DNA from: an uncultured virus (IMG/VR IMGVR_UViG_3300028569_000012)
Taxonomy: Duplodnaviria; Heunggongvirae; Uroviricota; Caudoviricetes
Length of the DNA: 62,769 bases
IMG/VR virus record: IMGVR_UViG_3300028569_000012
Reading direction: 5' to 3' (one strand)
Every line of letters begins with the position of its first letter. Position 1 is the first letter of the stretch. Under the pieces are notes generated by a model, which did not search any database, was not told the DNA's origin, and worked only from the letters and a program-made list of their open reading frames with translations. A program made the position numbers and the translations under genes. Positions 1 through 8,723 of the stretch are shown one piece after another.

Positions 1-73
1 AAATTTGGTACACAACCATATTTAATACACGATAATTCAAGTTTTTCGCTAAACTTAATACAAAAAATTTGAC

Positions 74-676
74 ATGAGTGTTTCTGGACATTTTGTATAC
101 AAGGGATTGACAATTATGCAACACCCTGAAATTGAAAAGGCTTTCGAAGAGCTTTTGATTAAACTCAAACCAACAAAGGTGTTGGAGATTGGTACTTCAT
201 CAGGTGGGCTTACCTTGATGATTAGGGACATTTTGGATAGAGTTGGTCTGTTAGAGACCCGTTTGATTACCTATGATGTATATGACCCACAATATCTGAG
301 ACATCATGTGAATGATGGTGCTAATATTGATATTAGAGTAGAAAATGTATTTAATCATCAGTATTCTGATTTAGAAAATGGTCAGGATATTATTGACTAC
401 GTAACCTCTGAAGGAACAACATTAGTTTTGTGTGATGGTGGAAGTAAAAAAAATGAGTTTAGGATTTTGTCAAATCTAATAAAGGTAGGTGATGTTATTA
501 TGGCTCACGATTTTTCTCCAAATGAAAAGTATTTCATAGATAATATGTTGGAAAAAAGATGGAACTGGATGGAAATTCAAGACAGTGATATTAATCAGTC
601 TGTGGTTGTAAATAACTTAAAACCCTATATGTCTGAACTTTTTTTAGATGTTGCTTGGGTTTGTAAAATGAAATAA
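74..676 (+). CDS. Class I SAM-dependent methyltransferase (CmcI/Methyltransf_24-like)
   Basis: SAM-binding motif VLEIGTSSGG, acidic residue after beta2 (ITYD), and LVLCDGG...GDVIMAHD pattern; adjacent to a glycosyltransferase-like gene. Confidence 0.7.
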   Translation: MSVSGHFVYKGLTIMQHPEIEKAFEELLIKLKPTKVLEIGTSSGGLTLMIRDILDRVGLLETRLITYDVYDPQYLRHHVNDGANIDIRVENVFNHQYSDLENGQDIIDYVTSEGTTLVLCDGGSKKNEFRILSNLIKVGDVIMAHDFSPNEKYFIDNMLEKRWNWMEIQDSDINQSVVVNNLKPYMSELFLDVAWVCKMK

Positions 677-680
677 TTTT

Positions 681-2357
681 ATGAGTAACAATTTAACTTT
701 AGTAACCGGTTTATGGGATATAAAAAGATCCGAACTATCGAAAGATTGGTCAAGATCTTATGATCATTATTTAGAAAAGTTCAAGCAACTTCTTTTGGTA
801 GAAAATAATATGATTATATTTGGTGAATCAGATTTACAAGATTTTGTCTTTGAACATCGTGATCGAGCTAATACGCAATTTATAGTAAGATCACAAGAAT
901 GGTTCAAAAATGAATTTTTTGAAAAGATTCAAAAGATTAGAACTGATGAAAATTGGTTATTAGGAGCGGGTTGGTTACAAGAATCAACACAAGCAAGACT
1001 CGAAATGTATAATCCCTTGGTCATGTCCAAAGTATTTTTACTCAATGATGCTAATATTATGGATCAATTTAATTCTGAGTATTTGTTTTGGATTGATGCG
1101 GGTCTTACCAATACGGTTCACCCTGGTTATTTTACTCACGATAAAGTGTTACAAAAATTACCCAAATATGTTGATAAGTTCACTTTTATTTGTTTTCCGT
1201 ATGAGACCACAACTGAAATTCATGGATTTGACTCGGGTGAAATAAATAAAGTTGCCGGTGAAAAAGTAGATATCGTTGCCCGTGGAGGATTCTTTGGTGG
1301 TCCTAAATCTATTATAAGTGATATTAATGGGATTTATTACAACATACTCAGTAATACTTTAAACAGAGGTTTGATGGGAACTGAAGAATCTATATTCTCG
1401 ATTATGGTTTACAAACATTCCGACATAATAAATTATTATGAAATCGAGGGTAATGGTTTGATGGGTAAATTTTTTGAAGATCTAAAGGACGAAACACTTG
1501 TGAAAAAAAGTAAAAGGGATTCAAAGGTAATCGAATCAAATCTGAATATTGATAATACGGCTTTATATGTTATAACTTTCAATAGTCCGAAACAATTCGA
1601 AACTTTAATTACTTCAATGATTGAGTATGATGATGATTATATTAATAAACCTAAAAAATTCTTATTGAATAATTCTTCAGATTTATCGACAACTGAAAGA
1701 TATGAAGAATTGTGTAATGAATTTGGGTTCGAACATATCAAGAAGGATAACTTGGGGATTTGTGGAGGAAGACAATGGATCGCCGAACACTCGGAAGAAA
1801 ACAATTTCGATTTTTATTTATTCTTCGAGGACGATATGTTTTTCTTTCCTAAAAAGGGTGAAGTATGTAAAAATGGTTTTAACAGATATGAAAAAAATAT
1901 GTATCGTCATACTTTAGATATTGTAAAAAACTATGGTTATGATTTTTTAAAACTTAATTATACAGAATTCTTTGGTGACAATGGAATCCAATGGTCTTGG
2001 TATAATGTACCACAATCTTTCAGAAAAGAACGATGGCCCGAAAAACCCAATCTACCTGTTCAGGGTCAAGATCCGAATGCTCCAAGAACAAAATTTAATA
2101 ATATTAGGTCTTATCGAGGAATACCGTTTATTGATGGTGAGATATATTATTGTAATTGGCCCCAAATTGTTTCAAAAGATGGAAACAGAAAAATGTTTTT
2201 GACTGATAAGTGGGCTCATCCCTTTGAACAAACATGGATGAGTTACATTTATCAAGAAACAGTAAAAGGTAATATTAAACCTGCTATGTTATTGATGACA
2301 CCCACGGAGCACAATAGATTCGAATTTTATGATGGAAAACTGAGAAAAGAATCTTAG
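681..2357 (+). CDS. Two-domain glycosyltransferase-like protein (HtrL/YibB-like N-terminus plus GT-A-like C-terminus)
   Basis: N-terminal TLVTGLWDIKR...R..YL, FWIDAG and GGFFGG...MGTEE resemble the HtrL family; the C-terminal half has NLGICGGR...FFEDD (DxD-like). Confidence 0.6.
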   Translation: MSNNLTLVTGLWDIKRSELSKDWSRSYDHYLEKFKQLLLVENNMIIFGESDLQDFVFEHRDRANTQFIVRSQEWFKNEFFEKIQKIRTDENWLLGAGWLQESTQARLEMYNPLVMSKVFLLNDANIMDQFNSEYLFWIDAGLTNTVHPGYFTHDKVLQKLPKYVDKFTFICFPYETTTEIHGFDSGEINKVAGEKVDIVARGGFFGGPKSIISDINGIYYNILSNTLNRGLMGTEESIFSIMVYKHSDIINYYEIEGNGLMGKFFEDLKDETLVKKSKRDSKVIESNLNIDNTALYVITFNSPKQFETLITSMIEYDDDYINKPKKFLLNNSSDLSTTERYEELCNEFGFEHIKKDNLGICGGRQWIAEHSEENNFDFYLFFEDDMFFFPKKGEVCKNGFNRYEKNMYRHTLDIVKNYGYDFLKLNYTEFFGDNGIQWSWYNVPQSFRKERWPEKPNLPVQGQDPNAPRTKFNNIRSYRGIPFIDGEIYYCNWPQIVSKDGNRKMFLTDKWAHPFEQTWMSYIYQETVKGNIKPAMLLMTPTEHNRFEFYDGKLRKES

Positions 2358-2361
2358 TTGG

Positions 2362-2368
2362 TATTTAT
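2362..2368 (+). promoter_or_regulatory. TATTTAT putative late promoter motif
   Basis: 14 nt upstream of ATG 2383; one of about 16 intergenic copies in sense orientation. Confidence 0.55.
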
Positions 2369-2382
2369 TATAAAAACTATCT

Positions 2383-2784
2383 ATGGATTTTTATATAATG
2401 AAAAATGCAACCCTACCCTTGTTAAAAATGCAAGTGGTACGTGATGGTAGAAGTGATTTTCAAACTTTTATGGATTCTTTGGCCGATGCTGTCATTTCCT
2501 TTACAATGATAAATTCTGAAACAGGTATTCCAAAGATAGTATCAAGACCCGCTTATATTGTTGAGTTAACAGGATTAGATGTAAATGCCGATCCTGAGTA
2601 TTATGTATTTTACAGATTTACTAAAAGGGATACAAACACACCGGGTAGGTATTTGGGTCAATTCCTTATAAAGTATAACTCAGCGTTATTGGGTGGCCCT
2701 CAGGGTGATTTGATTGTTCCGATCCGAGATGAACTGTATATCAATATCCAAGATAGTTTTATTGCTGACACCCCCTGTTGTTGA
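2383..2784 (+). CDS. Hypothetical protein, possibly BppU-N-like virion protein
   Basis: Beta-rich; YRFTKRDTNTPGRYLGQF resembles the 'Y.w...Dt...G.y.gef' pattern of BppU-like domains; preceded by TATTTAT. Confidence 0.35.
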   Translation: MDFYIMKNATLPLLKMQVVRDGRSDFQTFMDSLADAVISFTMINSETGIPKIVSRPAYIVELTGLDVNADPEYYVFYRFTKRDTNTPGRYLGQFLIKYNSALLGGPQGDLIVPIRDELYINIQDSFIADTPCC

Positions 2785-2811
2785 CGACCGATTGATTTTT
2801 ATCTATATTTG
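2781..2811 (+). promoter_or_regulatory. Host-RNAP-type promoter upstream of DNA polymerase
   Basis: TTGACG(2781-2786)-N17-TATATT(2804-2809); 2804-2811 TATATTTG also fits the Bacteroidota -7 element TAnnTTTG. Confidence 0.6.
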
Positions 2812-2879
2812 AAACTGAATGAGAAGACGAACTCCATTATACATGGAAGATAATATGTCACTCGGTAATAATATAATTG

Positions 2880-5723
2880 ATGATATCAACGGAGGAAATA
2901 AGAACATTTTTGGAGGGTAACGACCCCGAACAATTCATTGTATCAATAGAGTTTGATTATGTTTCGGATTCTATTTACAAGATCAAGGAAATACCAGGAA
3001 AGGGTAAGGCAATTATAAAAGACAATTTTATCCCTTTCGCTTGGGTTGGAGACCTAAGAAACCAAAACTTTTATCAGGGATCCAAGGCGCTTCAAAAGGA
3101 GGCTATGTCAAAATACAAGATTGTAATTGACAAACTCGATACTCATGGTGATGAACGTTTGGAGACCGGGTTATCCTTTATGGTGAAGTCTTTATCGGGT
3201 TATCGATCTTTGATTCAGTTCTTCCGAGATGGTGGGATTGACCCTTGGGGTGAAAAGGTTCGTGATTTATTTTTGATGTTACCACCCGTTGAACAATATC
3301 TCATCCAGAAGGAAAAGAGATTGTTTAAGGGTTATGAGGAATACAACGACATCACTCGTATTGTATTTGACTTGGAAACAACTTCTTTGGAACCTAAAGA
3401 TGGTCGTATTTTTATGATTGGTATGAAAACCAACAAGGGATTCCACGAGGTCATCGAGTGTGACACGGAGGAAAAAGAACGTCTTGGGATTATCAAATTC
3501 TTCGATATTATAAACGAGTTGAAGCCTTCTATTATTGGTGGTTATAACTCATTCAACTTTGACTGGAATTGGATCTTTGAAAGGAGTAAAGCTCTTGGGT
3601 TGGATGTAAAAAAGGTTTGTAAGTCTTTGAATCCTCAAAGGACTATCACACAAAAGGAACAGATGTTGAAATTGGCTAATGAGGTAGAAAGGTACCCACA
3701 GGTCTCTATTTGGGGTTACAACGTTATTGACATTCTTCACTCTGTCAGAAGGGCTCAGGCTATCAATTCTAACATCAAGAGTGCTGGATTGAAGTATATT
3801 ACTCAATATCTACAGATCGAAGACGAAGATCGTGTATACATCGACCACACCGAAATCGGGTCTATGTACCAAAAGAAAGAAGAGTATTGGCTCAACATCA
3901 AAAACGGTAAGTACAAAAAATGTAGTGACCCTAAGTTTCTTGATTTGGATATGAAGTTCCCTGATGTATATAAGAAGGTCACAGGTGATAAGATTGTGGA
4001 ACAATATCTCGATGATGACTTGGATGAAACCTTACGGGTAGATGATGAATTCAATCAAGGTTCATTCCTTCTTGCGTCTTTGGTTCCCACCACCTACGAA
4101 CGTGTTAGCACGATGGGTACCGCAACTCTATGGAAGATGATTATGTTGGCATGGTCGTATAAGTACAATTTGGCAATCCCTTCAAAACAATCTAAGACGG
4201 ACTTTGTTGGTGGACTATCTCGTCTTATTAAGGTCGGGTATTCTACCAATGTTTTGAAGCTCGACTTTTCATCACTATATCCTTCCATTCAACTTGTACA
4301 CGATGTATTCCCAAAGTGTGATGTCACAGGTGCAATGAAGGGACTTCTGAAATACTTCCGTGATTCTCGTATTTCCTATAAACAACTTGCTGAGGAATTC
4401 TCTGAAAGTGACCCTAAGAAATCGCAGTCTTACGACAGAAAACAATTACCGATTAAGATCTTTATCAACTCGATGTTTGGTGCGTTATCCGCTCCTCAGG
4501 TCTTTCATTGGGGTGACATGTATATGGGTGAACAAATTACCTGTACTGGTCGTCAGTATCTTCGTCAAATGATTTCTTATTTTATCAAAAGAGGTTATGA
4601 ACCCTTGGTAATGGATACTGATGGTGTAAACTTCTCGGCACCTCCTGATATTTCAAAAAGAAAATATATTGGTCGTGGACTGAACTGGAAGGTAAAAGAA
4701 GGTCAAGAATACACGGGAGCGTCGGCAGATATTGCAGAATACAACGATATCTTTATGAGGGGAGAAATGGCTCTCGATAACGATGGTGTTTGGCCTTCGT
4801 GTATCAATATAGCTCGTAAGAACTATGCTCTGATGACAGATTCAGGTAAAATAAAATTGGTTGGTAATACCATCAAGTCCAAAAGATTACCTGGATATAT
4901 CGAAGACTTCTTGGACAAGGGAATAAAAATGTTGTTGAATGGTAAGGGTAAAGAATTTATTGAATATTACTATGAATATATTGATAGAATCTTTACGAAG
5001 GATATTCCCCTTATCAAGATTGCTCAGAGGGCGAAGGTGAAACAAAGTTTGGATGACTACAATACCCGTTGTACTCAAAAGACTAAAGCGGGTTCACTGA
5101 TGTCACGTCAAGCACATATGGAGCTTGCCCTTAGAAACAATCTGAATTTGAATCTTGGTGATGTCATAATGTATGTAAATAACGGTGAAAAATCTTCACA
5201 TGGTGATGTACAGAAGGTACCGGCTAAAAGATATAGTGATTTACAAAGAAAAAAATATTTGGATAAAACGGGTGCAGTACTTCAGGATACCGAATCTTAT
5301 GTTCAGTTGAATTGTTACCTCATTGACCAAGAACAACTCGCTAATGATCCAAATCTAAAGGGTGATTACAATGTTGCCCGAGCGATGAATACCTTTAACA
5401 AAAGAATCGAGCCTTTATTGGTTGTATTCCAAGGAGAAATAAGAAAAGATATGTTGGTTATGGATCCCAAAGACAGGGGTATTTTTACCACTAAACAGTG
5501 TGAGTTGATCAACGGACATCCACTTAGTAATGGTGACCAAGATGAATTGGATGACGTTTTGAAGATATCTGATCAAGAAATGATATATTGGAGTAAACGA
5601 GGTTTGAACCCTACCTATATCTACGATATTGCTGAAGAAGGTTGGGAAAATTCTGTTGTGGAATTACCACAATTTGACACCATCAGAGGAAAGAATATAC
5701 CATCCTTGATTGATATTGACTAG
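2880..5723 (+). CDS. polB: Family B DNA polymerase with 3'-5' exonuclease
   Basis: ExoI FDLETT, ExoII GYNSFNFD, ExoIII YLDDD, motif A LDFSSLYPS, motif B KIFINSMFG, motif C MDTDG, and KNYA. ATG 2880 preferred over TTG 2877. Confidence 0.95.
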   Translation: MISTEEIRTFLEGNDPEQFIVSIEFDYVSDSIYKIKEIPGKGKAIIKDNFIPFAWVGDLRNQNFYQGSKALQKEAMSKYKIVIDKLDTHGDERLETGLSFMVKSLSGYRSLIQFFRDGGIDPWGEKVRDLFLMLPPVEQYLIQKEKRLFKGYEEYNDITRIVFDLETTSLEPKDGRIFMIGMKTNKGFHEVIECDTEEKERLGIIKFFDIINELKPSIIGGYNSFNFDWNWIFERSKALGLDVKKVCKSLNPQRTITQKEQMLKLANEVERYPQVSIWGYNVIDILHSVRRAQAINSNIKSAGLKYITQYLQIEDEDRVYIDHTEIGSMYQKKEEYWLNIKNGKYKKCSDPKFLDLDMKFPDVYKKVTGDKIVEQYLDDDLDETLRVDDEFNQGSFLLASLVPTTYERVSTMGTATLWKMIMLAWSYKYNLAIPSKQSKTDFVGGLSRLIKVGYSTNVLKLDFSSLYPSIQLVHDVFPKCDVTGAMKGLLKYFRDSRISYKQLAEEFSESDPKKSQSYDRKQLPIKIFINSMFGALSAPQVFHWGDMYMGEQITCTGRQYLRQMISYFIKRGYEPLVMDTDGVNFSAPPDISKRKYIGRGLNWKVKEGQEYTGASADIAEYNDIFMRGEMALDNDGVWPSCINIARKNYALMTDSGKIKLVGNTIKSKRLPGYIEDFLDKGIKMLLNGKGKEFIEYYYEYIDRIFTKDIPLIKIAQRAKVKQSLDDYNTRCTQKTKAGSLMSRQAHMELALRNNLNLNLGDVIMYVNNGEKSSHGDVQKVPAKRYSDLQRKKYLDKTGAVLQDTESYVQLNCYLIDQEQLANDPNLKGDYNVARAMNTFNKRIEPLLVVFQGEIRKDMLVMDPKDRGIFTTKQCELINGHPLSNGDQDELDDVLKISDQEMIYWSKRGLNPTYIYDIAEEGWENSVVELPQFDTIRGKNIPSLIDID

Positions 5724-5999
5724 TTCGATACAAGAACCACGATCCAATTCTATATCATCCCACTCTTCGTCAATCTTACCATTGTCTGGTTTTATTAAGA
5801 TATTGGTCATTGCCTTTATCTTAATTTTATCGGTGGTCTTTGAGTTTAAGAACAAATCACAATGTTCGACATCACGAACAATAATGGAGTATTCTCCGTT
5901 TGTGGTATATCTTTTTTCTGAGACTATTGCCGATTCTGATGTTCGAACTCTGTTTCCGTTTATAATTTTCTCTACGGGGTGTGTTTTTATTATCGCCAT
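5664..5999 (-). CDS. Hypothetical beta-rich phage protein
   Basis: 111-aa ORF starting 1 nt after the neck gene stop; overlaps the polB 3' end convergently by 60 nt. Confidence 0.65.
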   Translation of the reverse strand: MAIIKTHPVEKIINGNRVRTSESAIVSEKRYTTNGEYSIIVRDVEHCDLFLNSKTTDKIKIKAMTNILIKPDNGKIDEEWDDIELDRGSCIELVNINQGWYILSSDGVKLW

Positions 6000-6000
6000 G

Positions 6001-7119
6001 TTAGACTACAGTTATTGGAATTGTCATCGGTCGATACTTTAGTTGTGTGTTCAAATTTGTGGCGATCTCAGATTCTTTTTTCATTTGATTCTCAGGTCTT
6101 AGTCTTTCTAATCTTAGTTGTAACTCGGTCAATAAAGTTACTTTTTCATCTTTAGCTTCCGTTTGTAAAGATTGATAATCCATTTGTACCTCGCTATCGG
6201 GTGTTTTTAGGTTACCACTAAATTTACCACGGACACGTGCTAATGTTTCTTTACAATAAGATGTAAACCATCTTCTAACCCATGTTCTTGCTGGTTCATT
6301 CAAATCAACCCACTCGATGGTATCCAAAGGAATGTCTGATGGAAGACGTACAATATCGGGGTTGTCTTTCAGACATAAATCTCTTTCGTCTTCACATACT
6401 TCATAATACCAATACCATACTTGACCTCTCATCAATTCTGAATCTCCGAAGTCAAATCTACCACCAGGGGTGTTGAATAACCAAATAGCGTGTTTTCCAT
6501 CAGGAAGGGCTGTAACTTGATATTGTAGGTCAGGTTGTATCAACCTTCGTTTGACGTTGACATCTTGTAGTCTTGACATCACATCGTAGGAGGAGAAGAA
6601 AAAATATCCACCACCCCCGTATCCGGTCTGAGCAAATCCACCAGGTCCACCAAGACCTCCACCCCCTCCGATAGCTCCGAAGGAAAAAGGGTCAAATAAA
6701 AGATTGGTCATCTCACTTGGTGAGTAAAACAAAAGTTGGTTGATTTCCCTACATGCAGGAATCTCGTAGATTTGTTGGTTTGGAACCAATGAGATATAAT
6801 CTCGTTTTAGCACCCAAGGACCCGCATTTTGAAGACCAGCGATCTTGGAGTATGCGTAGGTGTATTGTGTCTCCCAATCTAAACTTCTCCTTACCAAGGC
6901 GTTGGCAACAGATTGTGTGTCCAAATTTAGACCATAAAGACTTGTCCATTGGGATTCAATCAACCAATCTTGAACGTATTCTGAGTAGTCTTGGATTGAC
7001 AGTTCCAAAAGGGAATCCATCATTTCGTATTCTAACTCCACGGCTCTTAGGGGAGCCCCCAACAAATTGAGAATCCTGTTGTAAAATTTACTTCTTTCTG
7101 GTTCGGGAATAACTGCCAT
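6001..7119 (-). CDS. Neck/head-tail adaptor protein (T4 gp13-like)
   Basis: N-terminal ILNLLGAPLRAVEL and C-terminal WVRRW...KETLARVRGKF...VQMDYQSLQTEAKDEK match the gp13-family pattern. Confidence 0.75.
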   Translation of the reverse strand: MAVIPEPERSKFYNRILNLLGAPLRAVELEYEMMDSLLELSIQDYSEYVQDWLIESQWTSLYGLNLDTQSVANALVRRSLDWETQYTYAYSKIAGLQNAGPWVLKRDYISLVPNQQIYEIPACREINQLLFYSPSEMTNLLFDPFSFGAIGGGGGLGGPGGFAQTGYGGGGYFFFSSYDVMSRLQDVNVKRRLIQPDLQYQVTALPDGKHAIWLFNTPGGRFDFGDSELMRGQVWYWYYEVCEDERDLCLKDNPDIVRLPSDIPLDTIEWVDLNEPARTWVRRWFTSYCKETLARVRGKFSGNLKTPDSEVQMDYQSLQTEAKDEKVTLLTELQLRLERLRPENQMKKESEIATNLNTQLKYRPMTIPITVV

Positions 7120-7134
7120 TAGACTATTTTTCTA

Positions 7135-7141
7135 ATAAATA
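7135..7141 (-). promoter_or_regulatory. TATTTAT putative late promoter motif (minus strand)
   Basis: ATAAATA on the plus strand, 15 nt upstream of the start at 7119. Confidence 0.55.
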
Positions 7142-7149
7142 TCCAATTA

Positions 7150-8679
7150 TTAGAATTGGTACAACAAAGAGTCTACAGGAAAATTATAAGTTCCGTCGAT
7201 AATCTGAGAATTGGTGTTATCAAAGACTATAAAATCTTTTCCTCTACGGACAAATACCATCCAATCGGTGTTATATGACTTTACGTTAGCGGTACCTGAT
7301 ACTCGTATCATATCATCGATTTCTTCGACAGAGTCATATGGTTTTACCTGTGCGGTGTGTAGTTTTCCGTTTGTAAAAACTTTGAGATCCACACCCATCA
7401 TATCTTCTTTGCTTCCCAAAGCTCCGATTCTTTTTACGTTCTCAGGACCAAACTTTTCCTGAAATTTGTTCTCCACGAAATCTTCCGTCTTCGAACCCAT
7501 TGTAGATGTGGTATTCAAAATCTGAAATATATTTTGAAATGTTTTGGATTTTTCGTCAAATATTCTGTCTTTTAGTTGAAAGATAACCTGCAACATATCG
7601 TACATCTCATTGATTTGATCTTCTTTCGACAATCCTTCAAATTCGATCGGGTTTTTTCCATTGGCAATTAAAACCTTATTTAGGTCTTTTAGTAACGGAC
7701 AAAATGCGCTGTAGTTGGTATTCAAATAATTAATAATTGATCTACCTGGTTTTTCCAAGTCATAGACCCCTGAGGACATCCCCTTTTGATATTCGTTATT
7801 TTTATACCACTTGTCGGGATATACCTTTTCTAAAATTTTTTCTACCCCTTGTCTATAAATCTGTAGTATTTGTGGATTGTTATTGAACATTTCCCTAATC
7901 TTTCTTTTATCGTCCTTGGTACAAGGGTTTGACATTTTCTGTTCTGTAAGGAATTTTTTTGCCGTCAAACTTTCTTTGACGTTTTTCCCTTCGATCCTCT
8001 GTAGTTCCGATTCTACGAAGTCCCAATTCACCACCTTCCAAAAGTTTTTGATGTATTCATCCCTTTTGTTTCTGTATTTCAAATAATAGGCATGTTCCCA
8101 TAAGTCCAACCCAAGAAGGGGATACCCACCTTCTTTGATAATATCCATCAGGGGGTTATCTTGGTTTGCGGTTGTCATAATCTTCATCGTTCCCCTTTTG
8201 GTAAGGACAAGCCACGACCAACCTGATCCGAATCTTTTTTTCGATTCTTCTTCAAATTTCTTTTTGAAGTTTATAAACGAACCAAAGCTTGAGTTGATCT
8301 TCTTCATTGTTTCCTCACCTACCTTTGTTTCGGTGGGGGATAACATCTTCCAAAAGATACCGTGGTTGTATGCTCCCCCTGCGTTGTCACGTACAACTTT
8401 GGAGTATCTTTCGATACCCCTGATTATTTCCTCAAGTGAGATGTCACCCAAGTTTTTTCCTTCCAACGCATCGTTGAGTTTTGTGATATAACCTTTGTAG
8501 TGTTTGTTGTAGTGGATCTCCATCGTTTCAGGGTCAATGAACTGACGAAGTGATGAATACGCGTATGGTAATTTCTCGGCTCTGATTCTCTTGGCTTCTT
8601 GAAGGGATTCTTCTTTTACAATTTGTTTGTTTCTGAGATTTTCTTCAATCTCGTGAATCTGTTTTTTTAGGTTTCTCAT
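7150..8679 (-). CDS. sod: Fe/Mn superoxide dismutase (Mn-type signature) fused to a C-terminal uncharacterised, possibly PD-(D/E)xK nuclease-like, region
   Basis: LPYAY..L..ID..TM.IHYNKH, AGGAYNH, FGSGW, NQD and DLWEHAYY supply all four metal ligands; about 280 extra C-terminal residues. Confidence 0.9.
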   Translation of the reverse strand: MRNLKKQIHEIEENLRNKQIVKEESLQEAKRIRAEKLPYAYSSLRQFIDPETMEIHYNKHYKGYITKLNDALEGKNLGDISLEEIIRGIERYSKVVRDNAGGAYNHGIFWKMLSPTETKVGEETMKKINSSFGSFINFKKKFEEESKKRFGSGWSWLVLTKRGTMKIMTTANQDNPLMDIIKEGGYPLLGLDLWEHAYYLKYRNKRDEYIKNFWKVVNWDFVESELQRIEGKNVKESLTAKKFLTEQKMSNPCTKDDKRKIREMFNNNPQILQIYRQGVEKILEKVYPDKWYKNNEYQKGMSSGVYDLEKPGRSIINYLNTNYSAFCPLLKDLNKVLIANGKNPIEFEGLSKEDQINEMYDMLQVIFQLKDRIFDEKSKTFQNIFQILNTTSTMGSKTEDFVENKFQEKFGPENVKRIGALGSKEDMMGVDLKVFTNGKLHTAQVKPYDSVEEIDDMIRVSGTANVKSYNTDWMVFVRRGKDFIVFDNTNSQIIDGTYNFPVDSLLYQF

Positions 8680-8706
8680 ACTTTTTATTATATGGGTTTA
8701 TAGATA

Positions 8707-8713
8707 ATAAATA
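8707..8713 (-). promoter_or_regulatory. TATTTAT putative late promoter motif (minus strand)
   Basis: ATAAATA on the plus strand, 27 nt upstream of the sod start. Confidence 0.5.
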
Positions 8714-8723
8714 CCTTGACACA

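Noticed and set aside
2826..2859. Loose resemblance of the polB leader to a c-di-GMP-I riboswitch stem
   Set aside because: It lacks the GNRA loop/receptor and second stem; kept only as a generic leader hairpin.
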